This document shows, piece after piece, positions 21,691 to 34,174 of a stretch of DNA of 35,091 bases. The stretch lies in contig NC_068985.1 of assembly GCF_001194135.2 (NCBI RefSeq), positions 57,517,487 to 57,552,577 on the forward strand. The letters run 5' to 3'. The notes below the pieces were generated by a model. The model searched no databases. It had not been told where the DNA came from and worked only from the letters and a program-made list of their open reading frames with translations. This DNA comes from Octopus bimaculoides. Its lineage: Eukaryota. How positions within the stretch are numbered: the stretch's first letter is position 1; every line of letters starts with the position of its first letter. The translations under genes and the position numbers were made by a program.

Positions 21691-23606
21691 GCCATAATCT
21701 TCTAATTTTGAATTGTATATTGTGTATTCTTTTCCAGTTATGCAATCACAGAGAGAAAGAGACTGTAGTACTTATTTATATTAGCATATATATGTATACA
21801 AATGCCACTCTAAGTAGGCTTCACCTTTTGCAGTTTATGTTCACGTCATGTAGACAGCTGTAATAGACCAGACATATGATTGAAGGAATCGATCCGCGAT
21901 CAATTATTTTTGCAAGGCATATTAATCTTCTGAACCTATTACCCAATCTGTCATAGTTGATAGTATGTTCTTACTTCCCTGTTACTGAACCCTCAGTTTA
22001 TGCTCCATAGATTATCTGTAATGTAAATGTGTTTATGTACGAGTAATTTCCTGTATTCTGAATTGTTTCATAATGTCCACGTAAATTATAAAGTCATAGT
22101 AATAGGACAGAACTGAAGTTGTCTCATGAAATATAAAATAGCCTGTCGTTTTTTTAAATACAGAGTGAGGTTCTCATAATCTCCGATTCTGTTCTTCTTT
22201 CCTTTTTGTTTCTATTTTTGTTTTAATTCCTGATTCATGCAGATAACTATTGATTTTGAGATATAATCTGATTGTGATTAATATGTGATCGACAACAATA
22301 AATGCCAGCATTAAGTTCTGCTTCTTCTCTTTCTCTATTCATAAATCTGGGAAAATTGAACATTGTATATTAGTTTCCTTATATCAGTTTTAATATGTAA
22401 CAGTTGAGCAAGAATTTAGTCAAACTCTTTCGTCTTGAAGCAAATCGATTTGTCGCATTAACGAAAAACTAATCCATCTCACACTTGATCACACGACCTT
22501 TATCACACGAGGGAATTTTCGTTGCTAAATTTTGCTGAATCATTTCTCTAATCACTATATCCTGCTTAACTCGACATTATGATTAACGACATCAAACCAA
22601 TAGAACCTCTCTTTCTGCGAAGATATTTGATTAGATTTTGGACATTACGAACTAATCTCTTAATTAGTAAATTACAAATACCATACTGGATTGTTGGTTA
22701 TCAAAATCCCTAGATATTAACAGTACAACAACCAATTATAGATTTCGATCTTGTGAACGTTACTGCGGAGAAAATACACGATGTGTGTCTATTTATAGTT
22801 CGGGTTTATGTATTACAGAAACTAATAATTTCAGTTTCAAATTCCTTGGACATTTGTAATCTCCGATTTCTTTTGAACCTTTTATTTTATTCCAGCTTAC
22901 ATCTTCTTTATCAGTTAACGTGAAAACTTGTACTAATGGAGAATATTTCATTGAACACAAACGTTCATTTGATTCTCAATAATCTGCTTCATGCTTAATC
23001 ATTCTACTATGAACTTATGTCATACATACCTGTTCCGAAAGTAGATCAACAATCTCTCTCGTCAATGAGTTAACAATTCTACTTCGATCTACTTCAACAT
23101 TGTTCTCCGTATATATCTACATACAGAAAATAAAACAAAAAACAAATAAAAAAAACAATAAAAAACAAACTACAAAACCAAAGAAAAGTAAAAAAAGGTG
23201 TGTTGTGTAGTTTCTGTAACTCAATTCGTATAGAATTTGCTTTTGAAACAGTTTGGTTCGATCATGCTTTCACTTTGCTTACTTGTGATGAAATAGATAA
23301 TATAAAGTATACCTTGATTTATTTTATACAGTAAATAATTCGTATGTTTATTTGTATTTTATGTCGGAAACATCAATCGATATTGTTTGGTCTAGACATC
23401 TACCGTTGTTTCTGCACTTTTCCGTTCATGAGTAACAGGTTTAAATCTCCGTAAAAAAATATGCATATTTTAGAACTTTACAGAAAGGCATATATATATA
23501 TGTAAATATATATACATATATATATATATATATANNNNNNNNNNNNNNNNNNNNNNNNNNNNNNNNNNNNNNNNNNNNNNNNNNNNNNNNNNNNNNNNNN
23601 NNNNNN

Positions 23607-24057
23607 AAGTAGTTGCATGCTGTCAACTTAACGTGACAGTCCCAATAAGGGAATCATACTACTGCTATTTAGCCCTAGGAAGCTGCACAGCTTCCTGTCG
23701 GCCTTGACACATTTCCTGTGTCCTTAAGTTTACAAGGAGGAGACAAGCAATTCCACCCAGTCAAGCCTGCATCCAGGGACATGTTTCTAAGACTTTGCAC
23801 GTCATCAGCCTGGAGTAGCACGACTTGCTGGCTGAAGATGTCTGTCTAGCTCTCGTAAACATATAATAATTCTAGTGAAACACATTCACTGATTACAAAA
23901 TTAGAAATGATACATTTCTAAATCTCCCAGAGAGACTTAAGTAGTAAGGAAATGTGTCAAGGCCCACAGGAAGCGGTGCAGCTTCCTAGGGCTAAATACC
24001 AGAAGTATGATTCCCTTATTGGAACTGTCAAGTTAAGTTGTCAGCATACAACTACTT
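23607..24057. mobile_element. 451 bp element with 111 bp terminal inverted repeats and an internal hammerhead motif
   Basis: 23607-23717 is the reverse complement of 23947-24057 with few mismatches. The left end abuts a gap. Confidence 0.85.
23772..23814 (-). ncRNA. Minimal type I hammerhead ribozyme motif (family B)
   Basis: Minus strand reads TCCAGG-CTGATGA-CGTGCAAAGTCTTA-GAAAC-AT-GTC-CCTGGA: perfect 6 bp stem I, canonical core and palindromic ACATGT stem III. Stem II pairs poorly. Confidence 0.7.
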
Positions 24058-24379
24058 TATCGAGATATGGGACGTTTCTTATTATGATTCAACTTTTATG
24101 AACATCATTAAAATATTTTTACTAATGTTTACATGCCAAAAATCATGAATCAAATATGGAGCAAAGATATAGAAACAGGGGCAAGAGGAATGCGTGGGTC
24201 AAGTAGGAAGTTTCATCTGACACTGTTGCTAGAGCCTCCAGAGATATTAGGTGTGATGCTAAAAGACATAAATGCAGCCTCCCAAGTATTTCCTTATAAG
24301 AATCCACACCTATCACTGCGTAAGTGAAGAGCAGCACACTTCTTGCTTCCTTTATTTCACTTTCCAATGAATGCCAATT

Positions 24380-25200
24380 TGCTGCATTTATTCTTTGTCG
24401 GTGATTTATACAAGCAAACTGGAGAAAGATATAGGAAATTTCATGGCTTTCGTCCAATTTCAAAACTGCAAGGCAAAATATATTCTGAGATGAAATATGT
24501 AAAGAAGTTTAAATTTTACCTTGATAAAACTTAGTGAATGTAAAAAATTGGTAGTTATGCTGATAAATGTCTTATGAGTGGGGCGGGAAATACTGGTGAA
24601 AATTTAAGTAGACAATACAGCGTGGTGGCGGTAATATAATACAATCTATGACAAGACACTGTCTTGAGGAATGAAACAATAGACCTTGAAAGATTAAGGC
24701 GGCAAACAGGACTTGTGTTACCCATCGGTATCATATTGTGCTTATTAATGAAGAAGACAAATTCTCTGGATAAGATAAACGAACAAAAATCCCGCAAAGA
24801 TGCATGCAATAATTTTTATGCACGTCTCGTCATACCATATTCAATGTACTACGACATTGTTAAGATTTAAATCGTCCAATATCTTGTTGAAATATCTGCT
24901 GAACTGGAGATCGAGAGATTAAATTTCGTTAGAACTCACCATAAGAAAATGGGCGTTGGGTACATTTATAATGATGCACGGAAGGAAGGCCTTGCACAGT
25001 TATGTTTCGTACCATTAACTATACAAGGAATAGTTAATGGCATATGCTATATTTACCAAAGAACTTACATCACAGCGATATAACGTGACGTCTTCATTTG
25101 ATTATAAACTTCGCTCTCAAACCTATAAGAAAAGTGATTAAAGATGAACTTTACGGACACCCAAAATTAGCCATGATATATGTAAAGTGGTAAATGAGGA
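24380..25200 (+). pseudogene. Highly decayed Helitron RepHel (Rep-region) fossil
   Basis: Motifs in the expected order across frameshifts: GFRPISKLQGKIY (~GFMPTFKIQGQIY), VVAVI..QDTVLR, NFYARLVI, QYLVEISAELEIERLNFVRTHHKK (~QYIVDMYAKIETERLNFIR), RDVFI, IKDELYG. Confidence 0.65.
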
Positions 25201-26020
25201 TGAATTTACAAAGGTAGTGAATCTTATTCCAATAATTCTAAGGTCATTGGTACTACATAAAGTCAAATATATAATATTGAATGCCACGCTCGCATTTGGT
25301 GTGGTTCAAGTTAATTAGAGTCAAATGACATTAACAAATTACTTTTAACGGCATCTTTTGATCCTTATAAAGATGTAAATCTATTTACTTTTGAAATCAT
25401 TTAGCACTCTAAATAGTGTAGACATCTGCATTTCTGAGATTATTAAAGTAAGCTTACAATTATGTCAATATGCACGTAAACCAGTATAAAATAGACAGAA
25501 CCAATATAATGTTTTCCAGAAATTCTTTTGTTAATCTAATAAGTATAAGCTATTTATCCATTTAGCAAGTTTAACTTGAGAATAGACAAAGAATTATCGT
25601 ACGGAGAGAAGAAAGACCAGTTTTTATAGAATAGTGTATATCGAGGTACGTTACACTCATAACATTTAAACATTTCAAGTCGCGGTAAAGAAGGAACAAA
25701 TGTTTTATTGTTTAAAGACAGCAAAGATATCATTTTTGAGAACACTTGAGAACACTTGAGAGTTAGAACACTATTGTCATTTGACAAATTTGGTGGGTGG
25801 ATAGCCATCAATTACACTCTATATACATAGAAGTATAACACAATCAACTACGTATTGATGGTCAGCGGAAAACAATAATAAGGAAAGTGATTGCTTCACA
25901 ATCAAGTTTAAATCCGTAAAGATTATCTGCAGTACTTTTTAAAGTATACACTGATGTATTCTGTGGTTACAGTTACTAGACCTTGATATGAAGACGATAA
26001 AGATTAAGTACAGCAATATA

Positions 26021-27218
26021 TTGGGTGATCTCATAAGTATTGCGGTTTTTCAATTGCATGAGCTAAAAGTCGGAAGAGGACTTTCTATAAAAGCAGGTAG
26101 TAATTTTATCATCTTTTATTCTTGGTGCAAGTTTTGAAGAGTGCAGTTCGATTTTAACAGTTATTTTTCAAAGCTATATTGGAAGTGACAAAGAAACATA
26201 TTTGGCATATTTTGCTTTATGAGTTCAATAAACGGAAATTGCGAGGAATATTAATGCAGTATAATGGGGTTCGGATAATAATCATAAGCCAGTGTCAATG
26301 GTGGTTTCAGAAACTACATCCTAGAAGATGAGCTTCGTCCTGGAATATCTGTAGAGCTCGACGAGAACGTGCTGCAAACACTGGTGGTACAAAATCCCAT
26401 CATAATTATTGAGGAACTAATAGAGAAGTTTGGATTTGGTCATTCAACCATTCATCGTCGTCTGCGTGCCATCGGAAAAATCAGCAAATTTGTTCAATGG
26501 GTTCCTCACAAATTTTCCGAGTCTAATCGACCGAAAAGAGTGGATGTGTGATTTCCTTTGATATCATGTCTAACGAATGAACCTTTTTTGGACCGAATAG
26601 TGACTGGTGACGAGAAATATGTTCCCTATAGAAATGTCACCTCAGGCTAAACAATGTATTCACCCACGTAAGGTGTTGTTATCTGTTTGGTGGTATATGA
26701 AAGGTTTAGCTCACTTTAAACTTTTAAACCTAAATCAAACGAAAACAAAAGATATCTACTGCGAGCAGCTTGAGCTGCTTAAGTTAGCGTTAGAAGAAAA
26801 ACAACCACCTTTGCTTTCAAGACGAAAGGTGTTCTTCCATCAGAATAATGCTCGGCTACATACAGTGAAGATGACATTTGAAAGGCTGGTGAAGTTTGAA
26901 TGGAAAATGATGTCCTACCCACCATATTCGCTGGACATTGTCCCATCTGATTATCATTAATTCCGCAGTCTTCAAAATCATTTGAACGGAAAAAATATGA
27001 ATTCTCTTGACGAGATATCAGAACAGTACTGGAGGAGTATTTTTGGTCACGGACAAGTGAATTTTAGAAGAGAAGCCTCGCAAGTCTACCAGATAGATAG
27101 AAGAGCATTGTAGAAAATGAAGGAGAGTATACTTTAGATTAAAAAAGAATGTTGGTTATCTTAATTTTGAAAAATTAAAGAATATAAAAAAAAACGCATT
27201 ATTTATAGGATAACCCAA
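26021..27218 (+). mobile_element. Near full-length (1198 bp) degenerate mariner, DD34D spacing, distinct from the 8677-9963 element
   Basis: TIRs TTGGGTGATCTCATAAGTATTGCGGTTTT and its imperfect reverse complement ending at 27218, flanked by TA. Motifs WVPHKF, IVTGDEK, HQNNAR (D to N at 26844) and YPPYSLDIVPSDYH (D at 26949, 105 nt downstream). Confidence 0.92.
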
Positions 27219-27509
27219 TAATATGAAGTTGGCTTTCATGTCACTGAGGCCCTTTTTTACACGGCCATAGTTGCGATTCAGGACAAATGTCAGCAACTTG
27301 GGTAGATGAATTGCATAAAGATCACTTGCGTCAAGAGCCAACTACCTGGCGAACTGTGTCTTCTAGTAATGGCTATTGCACTTTCATGTATTTTTGTCAG
27401 TTTACTGTCTTCAAGCAAAATTGCACACATCACGACCAAGCTGCAATTTAGCCTCTTTCCTTCATTCTTCCTCAGTAAAAGCACGTGGTCTTTTTTTTTA
27501 TAAATATAC

Positions 27510-27555
27510 GTAGCTGTGCGGTAAGTAGTTTGCTTCCCAACTAGTTGGTTCCGAG
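27510..27555 (+). mobile_element. SINE family 1 head fragment
   Basis: GTAGCTGTGCGGTAAGTAGTTTGCTTCCCAAC...GGTTCCG. Confidence 0.7.
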
Positions 27556-29121
27556 ATCTTACCGGAATCTGGCGACTTCAACGATTCTACTGAAACATAC
27601 ATACTTACTGACAGCGACGGTATAGGGTTATTACAACTACCAATTTCGGCCATTTACGGTCGCTGTCAGTATGTATGTATAGAATTACGTGCGTTGACTG
27701 CATCATCATAGCACTTTAGCTCTCATTTCTAGTATTGCAGATGTTTTTAACGCCCTCAGTCATTTTTGATGANNNNNNNNNNNNNNNNNNNNNNNNNNNN
27801 NNNNNNNNNNNNNNNNNNNNNNNNNNNNNNNNNNNNNNNNNNNNNNNNNNNNNNNNNNNNNNNNNNNNNNTATATATACTTACACACACACACATATATA
27901 TACATATACATATGTATATATTTATTTTTATATATGTATATATATATATACATATACATAGAGAGAGCGAGAAAGAGAGAGCGGGAAAAATAGTGAGTGA
28001 GAGAGAGAGAGAAAGATAGAAAAGCAGAAATAGGTAGATGAGTACGTGTACATAAAATAGAATAAAGATTTCTAACTTATAATATCTACAAAATGAAAGT
28101 ACTATCAATTAGTATATACCAAAAGAGAATACTAACAAGAAAATCAAGACCAATGCAATGACTATACAATAATTATACAAAAATTACACCATTAACAATA
28201 TTATTAACATTAATTGAAACGAATATTCCTACTCACATCGTATTTTGATGAGTCGTGTTTAGTGATCATATCTTCTTATACACTTGACGAAGAAAATATT
28301 TTCCCGCAGTCCGTTATCTGTAAAAAGTAATATTTTCCAAGTTACATTCTTGAGATAATGTGTATATAGAATATAAGTAAATGAAGATATAAGTAAATAA
28401 AAAAAAAATGTTTCGAAAACAAAATTCCTTTAAGAAACAGTATGAAAAAACTGTGTGATGTTATTTTGTTAATAGATATATCTGAAATTAATAGATAATA
28501 GGAAAAGAAAACGAGTAAAAATGAAAGAAACTAATCTATTGAAAGATGTATGGCTTGTTTAATTGGGAATTGAGAAATTACAATAATATGCCCGAAGATG
28601 TTAGTGTTAGCGATTGTTCCATTTATTTAGGCGTCAAAGTATTATAAGACAAAATAATATATTCTAGGAGAATTTTGCATTATATCAATTTGGAGCTCAG
28701 GTGAAATACTATTGAAGATTATCAGTGAAAATACGAAGGTTAAGTCATAATACAGAAGATTGGGCCTTCTAGGAAGGAACTGATGGAAAACGTAATGAGA
28801 AAATATATAATGAAAATGAGGATGGGTGGGAGAAGGCAGTACTTTCAATATTGCAGTATAAGACTAAGAATGAATCCTTTTATTGTATTACATTCTTTGA
28901 GGACAGGAGATATATTTGCAATTACTGCAAGGCCTTTATTTACTATTTTGTGTCACAAGATACAAATGTGATAAACACTATATTGCGATTCGGTGAAATT
29001 CATCTCTTTGTAAAATGGGCCATTGCAAATCGAAAAGGCGTGGTTCAACATTCATGACGAATCCATGAAAGGGACAAAATGGTAAGTAAATAATTTCCAT
29101 CCCAATTCAATCACCGTTTTC

Positions 29122-29214
<93 letters not shown>
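29122..29214. repeat. (TA)n-(TAA)n microsatellite, left flank of the LINE insertion
   Basis: Direct reading. Confidence 0.95.
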
Positions 29215-29439
29215 GGAGTAATTGAAGGGGACAATATCAAGCACTCAGTGATGAGGGAAAGGATCAGAAGAGAATGTTATCGCAGGGTGAGAGCAATACT
29301 GAAGACAGAGCTGAACGCGAGAAACAGGATCGAAGCGATCAATGCTCTAGCCATACCAGTCGTGACTTACAGTTTCAATATCGTTAACTGGTCAATTACT
29401 GAAATCTGTCGACGAAAACAATACCTATTGTCATAGGTG
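29215..29439 (+). mobile_element. R4/Dong-like non-LTR retrotransposon fragment, 5'-truncated and internally deleted
   Basis: GVIEGDNIKHSVMRERIRRECYRRVRAILKTELNARNRIEAINALAIPVVTYSFNIVNW resembles the post-RT region of R4/Dong. It is joined at ~29411 to TKTIPIVIG, which resembles the C-terminal IPIVIGALG motif. Embedded in (TAA)n. Confidence 0.8.
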
Positions 29440-29624
29440 NNNNNNNNNNNNNNNNNNNNNNNNNNNNNNNNNNNNNNNNNNNNNNNNNNNNNNNNNNNNN
29501 NNNNNNNNNNNNNNNNNNNNNNNNNNNNNNNNNNNNNNNNNNNNNNNNNNNNNNNNNNNNNNNNNNNNNNNNNNNNNNNNNNNNNNNNNNNNNNNNNNNN
29601 NNNNNNNNNNNNNNNNNNNNNNNN

Positions 29625-29721
<97 letters not shown>

Positions 29722-29739
29722 TATATATATATATATATA
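29625..29739. repeat. (TAA)n-(TA)n microsatellite, right flank of the LINE insertion
   Basis: Direct reading. Confidence 0.95.
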
Positions 29740-29740
29740 A

Positions 29741-31860
29741 CACTGGGCAACAAATTTTCTTTTTGTCTGGAGCCTGGGAATATTTCAACGAATTCTCAAG
29801 TGATTTTGCCTTTCTAAGTTCAAAAATAAATTCAGTTTTTCTCTATCAGGTTTAGGTTTCTGACTAGACCTGGTAAGGCATATAATATGAATCAATATAG
29901 AGAGCGTAGCACAAAACAAAGTACAAATAAAAATTGAAAATTGAAAATGCGCATTGGCAAAGATTTTTGGCAGAAAATTCAGGGAATAAATTTACGTTTC
30001 TGTGCACCGTGAATGCTGAGCAACAGGAGTATCTAGACTTAAACACCAGCAATAGTCTGCCGTCATCACAGCCTCCTGGGTACCAAGTTTCTATCTCCTT
30101 GACGTCCTGATGGAATCGTTCGCCTTGTTCATCACTAACATCAGGAAACGATCAATATGACTAAAAATATCATGCATTTTGATGCTCATATTCACGCCAA
30201 TATCACGAAAAGTTGATATCAAGTTGGTAACAAGGTCTTTATAGTTTTCACTTTTGTGTTTCCCTTGGACATTTTGCACTACTTCTGCAAAGGCTAGTCA
30301 AGCTTTTGCTTCATTTTCGTTCATCATTTTTAACGAAATTTGTATCCTTCAAGAGCTTACGGATCTGTAGTCAATCAAACCGCCATGCTTTAAGTTTTTC
30401 AATCGTCCAGTCTGGAAATACACTGCAATATATTTGAAGCAATCCTCATTTTTGTCAAGAACTTTGGCAAATTGCTTGATGAATCCGAGTTTGCTGTGCA
30501 AAGGGGGAAAATGATTTTATCTCGCTCAACTAAAGGTTCTTTCAATAAATTGGCAGCTCTACATGGAGCCATATTTGTTCGGGGCTGTCAGCCCTTCTTA
30601 ACATAGTGGTTTCCTCGGTCTCTACTGTCCCACATGCAAAGAAAGCATGGGTATTTGGTATAATCGGATTGCTATCCCATGAGAAAATTCACCATCTTTA
30701 AGTCAACGCAGATGACCTATTTATTATCATGATACAGTGTCTTCTCTTAAACTAACGTTAATTTCTACTTATTTTCCCTCCAAAGTCGATGTGTGACCGA
30801 ATGGGACAGAGCCACACACATTTCCGTTGTGCAACAATACAAATTTTAAACGACGCATAGAGCTGTCTATGAAAACACGCCATTTCACTGGTTTATATTC
30901 CTGGATTCTAAGTTTATTAAGAAGTCCATTGACATCTCTGAAGTAAACCAGCTGTTCCTCTTTTCTGAAGAAAGAAAGTAACTCTCATGCCGACTCCGAT
31001 AAAAGGTTATACGGACACCATTGTTTAGAAGATTCTTCCTATTCAGTCGAGAAGTCAACAATTTTGCAAAATTTATTTGCAGGTTCAAGGCACGAACTAG
31101 ATCATTCAGCACTACCTGGGAGAATAGCTGAAGGATCTAGTCTCAACTGAAAAGTCTTGATGTCTCGTGTCATCTTCCGGTGATGAATCTTCTTTGGTTG
31201 AGGGTAAAGTTATCTGAGGCAAGACATTGAAGACAAGAACAAGAAGCTCTTCACTGTATGGAACCGGTCTAATAGCAGAGTCAGAATTAGGATAGAGAAG
31301 CGTTTTTCGACTTTTTCGGTTAATACCGTTGAAATTTGGGTTACAAAAATAGCAGTCATCTACGTGATTATAAGGCTCCCGCCATACCATTGGTATAGCA
31401 AACCTCACACTTTTCCTTGTCCCTTTAGCCCATTGCCTCAAATGTTCTGTACAATGCTTGCAGACACTATGGGATGCCCAATATTTTTCTTGGTCTCCCA
31501 GCTTGACCCCAAAATATGCCATATATACTTTTTCAAGAAAACCAGTTATGTTTGATCGACTTTCAGTTAATGTGTATTCTCCACAAACATAACAAAACAC
31601 ATTTGGAGAATTAACGCAACACTTCTTGAAGAGGACATCTTGCTAATTTTCTATTGCTTAGTTCACTACATCTAAAAAGTATGGAAAAAGAAAAGAACTT
31701 AGAATTAGAATAAGGTAACGAACACTGCGTACTGGACGTACACACATGCATAATGACTATAGGGATGATCAATAACTTCAGTCTTATTGGATATGTGAAT
31801 CCTAATATGCATAAGAAACTACACTGTGGAGATTCTTGACCAAAAAACAATGAATTTTTA
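29741..31860 (-). mobile_element. Chapaev3-like (CMC superfamily) DNA transposon with a disrupted transposase (~31638 to ~29990)
   Basis: Terminus CACTGGGCAACAAA at 29741. Zinc-finger-like CCVNSPNVFCYVCG...WASHSVCKHC...WREPYNHVDDCYFC; later DLKMVNFLMG*QSDYTKYPCFLCMWDSR, PPLHSKLG and SDEQGERFHQD. The other TIR was not found intact. Superfamily assignment is from memory. Confidence 0.75.
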
Positions 31861-32094
31861 TAATTTTATCATAGCTAAGAATTGAAACATCAGTATGTGA
31901 TTTATTTTAATATTTATCACTCATCATATTGTATTATATCATATTATTATGAGAATATAATATAATATTATATTATGCTAATAACTTTAAAATTTTAATT
32001 TTTGAATTATACATCTCATTTTCTATTCATATATGTATATTGGTATGTGTGTGTAGACAGCGAGAGTGAGGGACAGACTGACAGAATGACAGAG

Positions 32095-32235
32095 ACATGG
32101 CTGTGTGGTAAGAATTTGTCTTCCCGGTTCTGTCCCATCAAGCGACACTTTAGTTCAGTCCTTTTTTCTTATAGCTTCTCCTCGATCAGACTTGACAGTG
32201 GATATGGTAGACGGAAACTGACAGAAGTCAGTCAT
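32095..32235 (+). mobile_element. SINE family 1, old diverged 5' half
   Basis: TGGCTGTGTGGTAAGAA...GTGGATATGGTAGACGGAAACTGACAGAAG. Confidence 0.75.
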
Positions 32236-32930
32236 ATATATATATATANNNNNNNNNNNNNNNNNNNNNNNNNNNNNNNNNNNNNNNNNNNNNNNNNNTA
32301 TATATAATTAAGACTCAGTTGAATTAGGTAGCTAAGTTGAAACGTTAATCCATAGTGGTATTATCTGCACAGATCGAAGTAAGTTGAATAAAATCAAAAT
32401 AAGCAACAGGATATCAAGTAGTGATGCAGAACGACCGTTTCAAGCGGCTCTATTTAACTGAACAATGTAATCATTACATCAATTTAAACGCAGATTTACA
32501 AATAAATAAATTGAATTTTAACAAGACATATTAAAATATTTTTTTCTAAAATATTTTAACTAAGCAAAAACATGAAATAAATTCCTGTTGTCGCTAACAA
32601 TAGACTACACTTACAAGAATCGCATGAAGCCTATATAGTGTTGTAAGGGATTGTAATTAATTTCTAATTCATTTACCTCTTTATCATGTACTAAATCTAA
32701 TACTAGAAGACTGTGTCTATTTTGAATAAAGGACAACAGTAAGTTGACAGCTCATGGCTAAGTATGGGCATGCATATTATCATATGTTTCCCTTTTCCTC
32801 AAGGTGGAGTTAAGACATTAAGAGTAGTCGGTTGGATAAAGTAACAGACTAAATCCCCAAACAAAATATGCTTCAACACACGAATTCACATAAAGAAACT
32901 TGCAAACCAAATCCCAAAACGAATTATATA

Positions 32931-32963
<33 letters not shown>

Positions 32964-32982
32964 ATAGGTTAGTAGAGTTAAT

Positions 32983-33210
32983 AGTGGTTGGAATAACCTT
33001 CTAAGGGATAAAAATATCCGTTATACTAACGGTATAATTGCTTATGTTAAACCTGGACATACATATGCAAGCATTTTATGCTCATAGGTTACAGACAATG
33101 ACAAAGATAAGCATGAGTTTATCAGGAATCAAATTTAAAGTAAACAGAAAATGAAATATTGATCAACGACAACTGACTAATATTAATAATTACTTTTTAA
33201 TACAATTAGA
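32983..33210 (+). repeat. Unclassified dispersed repeat, copy 2 (partner at 18995-19226)
   Basis: GTGGTTGGAATAACC...TAAGGGATAA...TATGCTCATAGG...AGTTTATCAGGAATCAAATTTAAA is shared with the reverse complement of 18995-19226. Confidence 0.8.
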
Positions 33211-33653
33211 CTGTATCCCATCTAACAGATGTTTCTGCTTCCAATGCTATACAGTATTGCCAATGAAAATCCTGAAAATAATATTCATCATATTTGCTAA
33301 TACCTCCGATCTGGAAGATGGAGCTTTTACATGCATAAAAGAAAAGGGAAGAAAAGAAGAGCCTCGAGAAGAAAATTAAAGACTTAATATATTTTAATCA
33401 TACTATTTTGGATATGTGCCGCTTCGGGACGTTGAGTAAATGACTAAACTTAAAATGGCAATTGGTGGGTTAATTTTTGTATGGAGGTAACAGGGTGGAT
33501 AAATAATAAAACAGTAAAATAAAAAAGAAATTACCATTACGGAATACGCCAAAAGGTTTAGACAAAGAGAGAGTGAGTGCCATAACGTTTTCAAGTATTC
33601 ATAGTAGTTCTTAAAATTATATATATATATACACATGTATATACGTGTGTGTG

Positions 33654-33712
<59 letters not shown>

Positions 33713-34130
33713 NNNNNNNNNNNNNNNNNNNNNNNNNNNNNNNNNNNNNNNNNNNNNNNNNNNNNNNNNNNNNNNNNNNNNNNNNNNNNNNNNNNNNNNN
33801 NNNNNNNNNNNNNNNNNNNNNNNNNNNNNNNNNNNNNNNNNNNNNNNNNNNNNNNNNNNNNNNNNNNNNNNNNNNNNNNNNNNNNNNNNNNNNNNNNNNN
33901 NNNNNNNNNNNNNNNNNNNNNNNNNNNNNNNNNNNNNNNNNNNNNNNNNNNNNNNNNNNNNNNNNNNNNNNNNNNNNNNNNNNNNNNNNNNNNNNNNNNN
34001 NNNNNNNNNNNNNNNNNNNNNNNNNNNNNNNNNNNNNNNNNNNNNNNNNNGGTGTAAAGTTTAATTATTCTTATTTTTAGCTTGACAGAAACATGTATAC
34101 AGTTGCACACGCACTTCTATGTTTGCATGT

Positions 34131-34174
<44 letters not shown>

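Noticed and set aside
23830-23862. Second CTGAAGA...GTAAAC inside the TIR element, plus strand
   Set aside because: No GAAA, no convincing stem II and no cleavage triplet.
27230-27500. Minus-strand peptides (CAILLEDSKL, DLYA...YPSC) reminiscent of Academ-like transposases
   Set aside because: Short, frameshifted and out of the expected spacing; cannot be supported without a search.
28500-28960. Possible second Helitron fossil (RKRKR, RLFHL, RLGLL, EKAVLS)
   Set aside because: Spacing between motifs is longer than expected and matches are 3-5 residues; unsupported.
32425-32465. Minus-strand TTAAATA-GAGCCGCTT-GAAACGGTC
   Set aside because: Three core mismatches and a poor stem II; too degenerate to call an HHR.
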